From positions 921 to 64,920 of the forward strand of contig JAFQQV010000060.1 in the NCBI GenBank assembly GCA_017410425.1: 64,000 bases of DNA, written 5' to 3'. The position numbers and the translations under genes are program-made. A model generated the notes under the pieces. The model saw only the letters and a program-made list of their open reading frames with translations. It ran no database searches and was not told the DNA's origin. Positions 58,031 to 64,000 of the stretch are shown here, in pieces (the stretch's first letter is position 1; each line of letters begins with the position of its first letter). Source of the stretch: Oscillospiraceae bacterium. Its GTDB lineage: Bacteria; Bacillota; Clostridia; Oscillospirales; Oscillospiraceae.

Positions 58031-58061
58031 AAAAAGCTGACCAACTCTGGTCAGCTTTTTT
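58031..58061. terminator. Bidirectional terminator (downstream of lysS and of the convergent CBASS-like operon)
   Basis: AAAAAgctgacca-actc-tggtcagcTTTTTT. Confidence 0.75.
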
Positions 58062-58101
58062 GCTTTTAAATTTTATTTTTTAGTGCAGATGGGATATGGT
58101 T

Positions 58102-58899
58102 TCAAGATAAAATTTCAAATCTTTTTTGAAGTTTGGCCCACTCTTTTGTTTTTTCATCATTGATTTTTTTAAAACACTTTGAATCAAGCATAATAGATGC
58201 ATAAGCGAGTGCGGTTTCGTATCTGATGAGTTCCCTGCTGATTTTTCCTATAATATGAGAAGATGAACAGTTTTTATCAGAGAGGCTTGACCATAAAGCT
58301 TTGCAGTTTTCACTGACTCTTTCTAAAGACTTCTTGAGATACAAAATATTTATAAAATCTTGTAAAGTGTGCAGTGAAATGAGAATATTTGCTATCCCTA
58401 ATAAGATCTTGTTCCCGGAGACATTATAAATTATGCATATAAGCAAAAGAAACAAAATGATACAAGAACGTATGAAACTTTTTTTACACATGAGGCTGAC
58501 TATGGACAAAGAAAAAAAGCAGTTTTCATGAAGATTTGCCAAAGCCTTTTTAGTGCTAGGGTTAATAGCATCGTTGCTAAAATAACCAATTGATTCTTCA
58601 TCAGAAAGCAGGCAGCCAAAAGAATTGTCGGCAAATGAATCTCTGCGAATATCTTCAGCACGACGATATACAAAAGTATATGCTATAGAAAGAACGATTA
58701 TTAAGATGGTGCCCAAAAGTATTGTTGGACTAAGTAATGGTCCAATTTTTCCCCAAAAAGGTTTTTCAGATAAGTTGGTACAGTCATATATTATTTGAAC
58801 AATAGACATAATTGTAGTGAAAAGTGTTATAAAGCCAATCGAGGCATTCAATTTCCCAGCGATATGAAATTGTTCACGGTGAGGAACTACACTATCCAT
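58102..58899 (-). CDS. Multi-TM putative effector (S-4TM-like, SMODS-associated)
   Basis: ORF 58102..58944. ATG 58899 (MDSVVPH) overlaps the upstream stop by 13 nt. Hydrophobic segments: SIGFITLFTTIMSIVQIIY, LLSPTILLGTILIIVLSIAYTFV, SCIILFLLLICIIY, ILLGIANILISL. The C-terminal tail is helical and soluble. Confidence 0.6.
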   Translation of the reverse strand: MDSVVPHREQFHIAGKLNASIGFITLFTTIMSIVQIIYDCTNLSEKPFWGKIGPLLSPTILLGTILIIVLSIAYTFVYRRAEDIRRDSFADNSFGCLLSDEESIGYFSNDAINPSTKKALANLHENCFFSLSIVSLMCKKSFIRSCIILFLLLICIIYNVSGNKILLGIANILISLHTLQDFINILYLKKSLERVSENCKALWSSLSDKNCSSSHIIGKISRELIRYETALAYASIMLDSKCFKKINDEKTKEWAKLQKRFEILS

Positions 58900-59573
58900 T
58901 TTCTGCGCTCCTGTCGTTTCTTGATGTTTTCGTAATATGTGCATAAAAGGTTTATAGCATCTTCTTTAAATTCCTCATAGTAAGGGGAACGTATATCTTG
59001 TATTAATTGGGTGCCGTGACAGTCTCGAAATTTTTGACCGGACCCACAAGGGCAACTACAGTGTCCCCGATATTTTTTATAGCCACTTAAAAATAACAGA
59101 AGTGTATTTAGCAAATGGTCATCATCAGTTCGATATCTTTCTTTATATGCTTCCCTTGTTCCTTTGATTCCATGTGAACGTTCTCCATAGGGAGCAATAC
59201 CATAAGTACGGTAATACTCAGCAGCATAAAGATAACTCATAAGGAGTTCATCAATAAACGCAGTAAGAGATGGCGTATGAGTTAAAAATGTTCTCAATTC
59301 ACACATGGCACCCAGACATAATTCTCCATCTACTAGAAAATGCTGAAAGCCTACGGGTATATCTTCTTTCGCAGCAAATACTTTTGGAATCTGATTAGGG
59401 AAGGCGTTGGGAACTTGTATTTCAATATTAAACTCATGATACAAAGGGACTTCATCGTAGGTTTTATTCATGACTAATATTCCCTTGAGGATATACCCAT
59501 CCTCTGTCTTTGAAATAGACAGGGATGGATATTTGGTAGACACTGCAACCACTTCTTGGTATAGGTTAATCAT
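58887..59573 (-). CDS. UBC-like (prokaryotic E2) protein with a C-terminal SEC-C zinc motif
   Basis: E2-like IQVPNAFPNQIPKVF (compare YPxxPPxv.F) followed by FQHFLVDGELCLG (compare HPN...G.ICL, candidate catalytic Cys). C-terminal CPCGSGQKFRDCHG is the SEC-C motif. Its start overlaps the cyclase stop (ATGATTAA). Confidence 0.65.
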   Translation of the reverse strand: MINLYQEVVAVSTKYPSLSISKTEDGYILKGILVMNKTYDEVPLYHEFNIEIQVPNAFPNQIPKVFAAKEDIPVGFQHFLVDGELCLGAMCELRTFLTHTPSLTAFIDELLMSYLYAAEYYRTYGIAPYGERSHGIKGTREAYKERYRTDDDHLLNTLLLFLSGYKKYRGHCSCPCGSGQKFRDCHGTQLIQDIRSPYYEEFKEDAINLLCTYYENIKKRQERRKWIV

Positions 59574-60780
59574 GATCGTACATTCTGCCCCAAGGTTTGA
59601 TTGGAGTTGTTATGGTACTCGTTGTGGTTGCACTGGGAGATAAGGGCAGTTTTTTTGTAACAAACTCAGTGCCGAAAGAACGTTGTAGCCCAGAAAGATA
59701 TTTTGCCTCGTTTATGGGGGATATATCTACCACATCGTTTTTAACAACTTCGATCCAACGGAAAAATTCTTCTGCAGTTTCATTTGTCCAAAACTCTGCA
59801 AAATTATCTTCATGGTCAACAGGGTTTTCAACCCACCACACACCATCACGCTTTTCGATTGCATTACAAGAAAGAGTTTGGTTTGGAGTACCCCCCTTCA
59901 ATAGTACAGCATAGTCACTTATACCTTGAACGACATGTGCAAGTAGGGCGTCTACACTGAGTGAGGCTGAGGCACTTACTGCAATTTTTGCAGCAAGAAC
60001 GGTTATAATGACCGACTCAGGACGTAAGTTATCTCTTCTTGATCTATGGTAATATAAATCTCTATGCCGTTTCAATAACTGCACAACACGCTGTAGGCTT
60101 GATTTTACAAGGTATGGATCTACAGATTCAACGGTGGCTGTAGCTGAAAAATGGGCACGATTGTTTTTGAAATACTTCTCTCTACGCTCGCTGTAATTAT
60201 AAGACTTGAAAGGTTTATTAATATCTTCAAACCAATCACCAAACCCTTTCGTATTGCTAGTCAGCCAAGAGTATTTCCCGTTTTCGCTTTTATCTGTAGC
60301 AGCTATTGTATTTACAGCATATTTAGTAGGTACGTCCTGTTTCATTATTCGTAAAACATGGGAAGAGCTTTCTTTGACTGAAGGCACAATGTCAAGCTTA
60401 AAGCCAATGCCATCAGAAACACCAGCATATTCTAAGGTCCAACACCGACTGTCTTCTGGTAGAAGTTTGTCCCTATAAATTGAGTTTGCTTCCAAAGCTA
60501 TGCCCACGGACTGTTTAACTTCACTTGGAAAAGTTTCATGTTTATCAACAGCAAGGGTACAAATAACATCTAAATCATAGTCGGTCTCAACGCCATTTCT
60601 CAAAGGCCGTACTACAGTGCCAGTTCTAAAGGAGCCTTGGGGGCTGAAGTCACCTTGGATTCCTCTGTCAAGTAAGTATTTCGAAATACCCATATATCTA
60701 TCAACAGCGTATGAGTACATAGTGTTGGAGATATCAAGGTTTTCTGCAAGTTTTTCTAAATCTTTTTCTTTATTTCTCAT
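59566..60780 (-). CDS. cGAS/DncV-like nucleotidyltransferase (SMODS / CD-NTase family)
   Basis: Pol-beta NTase core PQGSFRTGTVVRP..DYDLDVI, third acidic strand GFKLDIVPS, and a helical LQRVVQLLKRHRD segment as in CD-NTases. First gene of the overlapping operon. Confidence 0.75.
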   Translation of the reverse strand: MRNKEKDLEKLAENLDISNTMYSYAVDRYMGISKYLLDRGIQGDFSPQGSFRTGTVVRPLRNGVETDYDLDVICTLAVDKHETFPSEVKQSVGIALEANSIYRDKLLPEDSRCWTLEYAGVSDGIGFKLDIVPSVKESSSHVLRIMKQDVPTKYAVNTIAATDKSENGKYSWLTSNTKGFGDWFEDINKPFKSYNYSERREKYFKNNRAHFSATATVESVDPYLVKSSLQRVVQLLKRHRDLYYHRSRRDNLRPESVIITVLAAKIAVSASASLSVDALLAHVVQGISDYAVLLKGGTPNQTLSCNAIEKRDGVWWVENPVDHEDNFAEFWTNETAEEFFRWIEVVKNDVVDISPINEAKYLSGLQRSFGTEFVTKKLPLSPSATTTSTITTPIKPWGRMYDHD

Positions 60781-60805
60781 ATAAGACTCCGTTTCAAATC
60801 AAAAG

Positions 60806-60868
60806 GTCTTAGCACTCGGCACGCGCGAGTGCTAAGACTATAATAACACAAGTGTCAACACTTTTCAA
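60806..60868 (-). promoter_or_regulatory. Promoter plus a 13 bp perfect inverted repeat (operator or attenuator) upstream of the cyclase gene
   Basis: Minus strand reads TTGAAA (60868-60863), a 17 nt spacer, TATTAT (60845-60840), then the palindrome GTCTTAGCACTCG-n7-CGAGTGCTAAGAC (60838-60806) followed by CTTTTGATTT and GGAG. Confidence 0.5.
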
Positions 60869-60966
60869 GGCTAAATATATAGTGATTTCTAAAATAAATG
60901 TCACCAAATGCAACAAAATATTAATTTTCAGTGAACTTGATGAACAAATTATTAAGGAGGAACACA

Positions 60967-61818
60967 ATGAAATTCAATTACTACTACGGTGGGCAGGCGG
61001 AGATGTTTTCATTCTTCCGCGTGCCTCGAATTCTTTTCACCGCACCGGAGTTCAAAGACCTGTCCAACGATGCTAAGCTGCTCTACGGCCTGATGCTTGA
61101 CCGCATGAGCTTGTCAGCTGCCAACGGATGGTTTGACAGTCAGGGCCGGGTATATATCTACTTCACCATGAACGAGGTGATGGAGGTGCTCAGCTGCGGC
61201 CACGAAAAGGCCATCAAACTGCTTGCAGAGCTTGATACCAAGAAAGGCATCGGCTTAATCGAGCGTATAAAACAGGGTCAGGGGCGGCCTACGATCATCT
61301 ATGTAAAGCAGTTCACTGACACAAAATTACCCGACCTACCAAAACAGTCTTTGCAGAATCCTGTTTATCCGAGTTCAGTAAGGAGAGAAAGTATTTTTGC
61401 TGACTTCCCAAAAGCGGAGACTAATTATACTGATATAAATTATACTAATAATAGTTATACTTATCCATCAATCTATCCGGAGCCGGAGGCGATGGATGAG
61501 ATTGAGGAACGCATAGAGCTTGATATTTTGAAAGAAGAATATCCCTATGATGACCCTGAGAGCCTTGTTGAACTCATGGCAGAGGTTGAGCAATGCAGTA
61601 CACCCACTATCCGCATAGGGCGGCAAAGCATCCCGACACCATCAGTACAGCACCGCTTCCGGCAACTGGGGCGTGAACACATAGAGTACGTTCTGGACTC
61701 GATGCGCGACACCACAAGTAAAATTAAAAACATAAAGGCCTATCTGTTAACAGCGCTGTATAATGCGCCGATAACGATAGGCCCTTATTATTCCGCGATG
61801 GTGAGAAGCACCGCATGA
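60967..61818 (+). CDS. Replication initiator protein A (RepA_N) with a DUF6017-like C-terminus
   Basis: FFRVPRILFTAPEFKDLSNDAKLLYGLMLDRMSLSAANGWFDSQGRVYIYF.. matches the RepA_N pattern; C-terminus has IKAYLLTALYNAP. ATG 60967 follows AAGGAGG. Confidence 0.85.
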   Translation: MKFNYYYGGQAEMFSFFRVPRILFTAPEFKDLSNDAKLLYGLMLDRMSLSAANGWFDSQGRVYIYFTMNEVMEVLSCGHEKAIKLLAELDTKKGIGLIERIKQGQGRPTIIYVKQFTDTKLPDLPKQSLQNPVYPSSVRRESIFADFPKAETNYTDINYTNNSYTYPSIYPEPEAMDEIEERIELDILKEEYPYDDPESLVELMAEVEQCSTPTIRIGRQSIPTPSVQHRFRQLGREHIEYVLDSMRDTTSKIKNIKAYLLTALYNAPITIGPYYSAMVRSTA

Positions 61819-61927
61819 TTTTAATCTGCTCTTTCTCATCAGAAAAAAGTTGAAAAACCCCTTCCCTTATGCAATAATTTGTAAAAGCTTTTAGCAAAAG
61901 TGCGTAAATTAAAAGAGGAGAAAAGTA

Positions 61928-63034
61928 ATGGAAAAACATTTGTTGTTGGGAAATGGGATAAATATACAGTTTGGAGGTAGTGAATTTACTAGTGCGCATA
62001 TTATAAAAAGAATAAAAAATAATAGTGCTGCAAATAAATATGATAGTTTATTTGCAGATAAAATCTCAGGGACCGATATTATTTCAATTTTTGAGGGTCT
62101 TGTAGGTGTAGCTAATTCAATAATAGAAGGAAAACACAATGACAAAAGTTTTGATTTAGATACAACAGAAGCAATATGTGATTTTATGAAAAGATATACA
62201 AAAAAAGTTTCTGCGCTTCATGAAATCATGCTAGAGGACTGGCTGTTATTGCTTCATGTTTTTTTCTCCCTGAATAATGATTTGATGCCAATCTATCAAA
62301 CAGCTGTACAAGGGTTTGAACAACTTCTGTTGGACGCCATATATAACAATGGAGAAATACAAAAATTATATCTAAAGATGAACGACGAAATCAAAAATTT
62401 CTTCTTGGGTTATGAAAATATATTCACGCTTAATTATGATAACAATGTAGAAAGTCTAACAAACAGGAAAGTATACCATTTACATGGTGATTTTTCCGTT
62501 TTAGCAGATAGTGAAAATCCAGAAACAGCGCTGGGATATATCAGAACAGAAAACGGGGATACAGCTTGGATTGCGGAAATGAAACATTGTTATTGCAATG
62601 CTTTGCTAAACTATAGTGGTAGACTAAAATATAAAACTGCTATGAAAAAGTATCTGACAATCCTAGACTCGGAGACTTATCATAATAGGTACAAAAATGA
62701 TATTCTATTTAGAACCTCGCTTGAAATAAATAATTCTATAGAGGCACAGATGATACGTACAAAGATAATGCATCCAGAACTTAAAATGGCCACTGACTAT
62801 TATTTTTCAAAATTTGAGTCAATAAAAGGTGAATTAGATATAATAGGTTTATCTCCTAATAATGATCAACATATTTTCGATGGCATATTAAATAACAAGG
62901 ACCTAACAAAAGTTGTTTTTTATTACCATGACGGAAAGGAACGAGACTATATTGAAAGTCACTATCCTAATGAACTATTTGACTGCTTGAGTGTTCAAGA
63001 ACTATGGAAATCATTGAAGTGTGGCAAAGAATAA
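61928..63034 (+). CDS. AbiH-like / SIR2_2-like abortive-infection family protein
   Basis: N-terminal LLLGNGINIQFG, central IFTLNYDNNVE..VYHLHGD, and C-terminal LDIIGLSPNNDQHIF..VVFYYH match the AbiH block order. AT-rich cargo position. Confidence 0.6.
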   Translation: MEKHLLLGNGINIQFGGSEFTSAHIIKRIKNNSAANKYDSLFADKISGTDIISIFEGLVGVANSIIEGKHNDKSFDLDTTEAICDFMKRYTKKVSALHEIMLEDWLLLLHVFFSLNNDLMPIYQTAVQGFEQLLLDAIYNNGEIQKLYLKMNDEIKNFFLGYENIFTLNYDNNVESLTNRKVYHLHGDFSVLADSENPETALGYIRTENGDTAWIAEMKHCYCNALLNYSGRLKYKTAMKKYLTILDSETYHNRYKNDILFRTSLEINNSIEAQMIRTKIMHPELKMATDYYFSKFESIKGELDIIGLSPNNDQHIFDGILNNKDLTKVVFYYHDGKERDYIESHYPNELFDCLSVQELWKSLKCGKE

Positions 63035-63077
63035 AAATACATAGTAAATGTTGGGAAACAATATAGTGAGTCGCTTT

Positions 63078-63152
63078 CCGGAAATGTTTTTCACCGTGAA
63101 AAAAGTTTTAGGCGTGAGCAGAAATACATTTCACGGTGAAATGTATTTCCGG
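63078..63152. repeat. Related inverted-repeat units with core CATTTCAC(C/G)GTGAAATG
   Basis: Unit 63078-63101 (ccggaaatgtttttcaccgtgaaa) matches 21 of 24 positions of the reverse complement of 63129-63152. The segment 63121-63149 is itself a 14+14 palindrome. Confidence 0.8.
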
Positions 63153-63245
63153 GGCTTGGGTACTCCCAACACGGGGCGTTTGAGCTATCAAATGACATAC
63201 TTGCTCAACCCACGCCCACAACTGAAAATTTAATAAAATCATCCT

Positions 63246-63276
63246 AAAAATGCATTTCATGGTGAAATGCATTTTT
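63246..63276. terminator. Third member of the palindrome family; terminator-like (A-run, 14 bp stem, T-run)
   Basis: aaaaatgcatttca-tgg-tgaaatgcattttt, followed by further T residues. Confidence 0.6.
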
Positions 63277-63367
63277 TATTTTATGCCCCCGCAAGTATGG
63301 CATTTGGTAGCACACAAACGCCGGAGACTCAGGGACACCCTGAAACCCGTAACGCAAAGGAGGTACT

Positions 63368-63676
63368 ATGCGAAGAAGAAACCGACACATCAGTGTCTGG
63401 ATGAACGACAAAGAATATTCTAAACTCAAAAAGGAGGCCAAGGCTGCAGGTCTGGGCATTGACCCGTTTATACGCAATCTTGTAGCCGGGGTTGAAATCA
63501 AACCGAAGCCGCCGGAGGAATACGCAAAGCTTCTGCGGGAGCTATCCGCTATCGGCAACAACATAAACCAGATTGCCTATATTGCAAATTACAGAAAAGG
63601 CGTTTCCGATGCTGAGATACAGGAGGCGGCAGCTCTTACCCGACAGGCTTTTAGCTTGGTCAAAAAGTTCTTATGA
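63368..63676 (+). CDS. mobC: MobC-family mobilisation (relaxosome accessory) protein
   Basis: LLRELSAIGNNINQIAYIAN motif and an RHH-like N-terminus; 102 aa. Confidence 0.85.
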   Translation: MRRRNRHISVWMNDKEYSKLKKEAKAAGLGIDPFIRNLVAGVEIKPKPPEEYAKLLRELSAIGNNINQIAYIANYRKGVSDAEIQEAAALTRQAFSLVKKFL

Positions 63677-64000
63677 GTGAAGCCATTGAGATGCAGTTTG
63701 ACGCCTTTTGCAAAAAGGTAATAAAACACGCCTGCTTGGACGCCCATGCTCAACTGCGCCGTAAAGCCGAACGTGAGCAGCCCTTGGAGCTTGCTTATGA
63801 TATCCCGGCAGAGCCAGACGAAGCAGCCTACGGCCGCACGTGGCTGCACACCGACAGGTTTAGTGTCTGTATCTACGATCCGGAGCTTGCCGAGGCCATA
63901 CGCTCACTTGTGCCCAGGCAGCGAAATATAATACTGCTCTGCTATTTTGCGGAGTGCAGCGACAGGGAGACCGGGGATATCCTCGGTCTCCCTGTTCATG
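63673..64000 (+). CDS. Sigma-70 region-4-like HTH protein; 3' end off the window
   Basis: Own translation from ATG 63673 (which overlaps the mobC stop): MSEAIEMQFDAFCKKVIKH...PRQRNIILLCYFAECSDRETGDILGLPVH. The frame stays open to the window end. Confidence 0.55.
   Translation, partial: MSEAIEMQFDAFCKKVIKHACLDAHAQLRRKAEREQPLELAYDIPAEPDEAAYGRTWLHTDRFSVCIYDPELAEAIRSLVPRQRNIILLCYFAECSDRETGDILGLPVH

Larger units (their letters stand above)
57905..64000. mobile_element. Part of an integrated mobilisable/conjugative element with defence cargo; right end off the window, left boundary approximate
   Basis: Composition shifts abruptly after lysS. RepA_N initiator, MobC and a sigma-r4-like HTH are present. 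AT-rich cargo blocks lie at 58.1-60.8 kb and 61.9-63.0 kb. No recombinase is visible in the window. Confidence 0.55.

Noticed and set aside
63048-63564. ORFs 63048..63233 (+) and 63244..63564 (-) between the AbiH-like gene and mobC.
   Set aside because: They are built from the palindromic repeats (translating to FHGEMYF / FHHEMHF), lack ribosome-binding sites, and the minus-strand one overlaps the mobC start. They are treated as non-coding repeat/oriT-type sequence.

Overview
This is a chromosomal window from a spore-forming Firmicute of the Clostridia type. Supporting markers are yqfC, yqfD and ylbJ, the era-yqzL-recO order, and a dcw cluster. Most of the window is syntenic housekeeping: gatD (5' partial), the smpB-ppiB-ssrA(tmRNA) group, murA, rlmH, phosphohexomutase, a split chrA, phoH-ybeY-era-yqzL-recO, mutS2, ptsH, uvrC-rsmD-coaD, mraZ-rsmH-ftsL-PBP-murE-mraY-ftsW-murG-murA2-ftsQ-ftsZ, an iron-chelate-type ABC pair, a UDP-sugar epimerase plus ugd, asnA, ftsEX with two M23 peptidases and an S41-like protein, and greA-lysS. 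Two visibly AT-rich foreign segments interrupt this backbone. (1) A 2.4 kb islet sits directly at the 3' end of ssrA and is bracketed by a perfect 39 bp direct repeat. It carries no integrase. It carries one gene for six degenerate treble-clef (DUF4379-like) repeats fused to a Vsr/DUF559-like nuclease fold, plus an unannotated GC-rich element of about 318 nt made almost entirely of hairpins. (2) From just after lysS to the window end lies part of a mobilisable or integrative element (RepA_N initiator, MobC, sigma-r4-like HTH). Its cargo is a tightly overlapping three-gene CBASS-like operon and a separate AbiH/SIR2-like gene. The operon encodes a SMODS/CD-NTase cyclase, a UBC-like E2 fused to a SEC-C zinc motif, and a multi-TM effector. 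Other points worth a second look are an S41 protease homologue whose catalytic Ser aligns to Gly, MraZ operator repeats, a long structured leader upstream of a PucR/CdaR regulator, and a dcw cluster lacking murF, murD and ftsA. No rRNA, tRNA or CRISPR array was seen.
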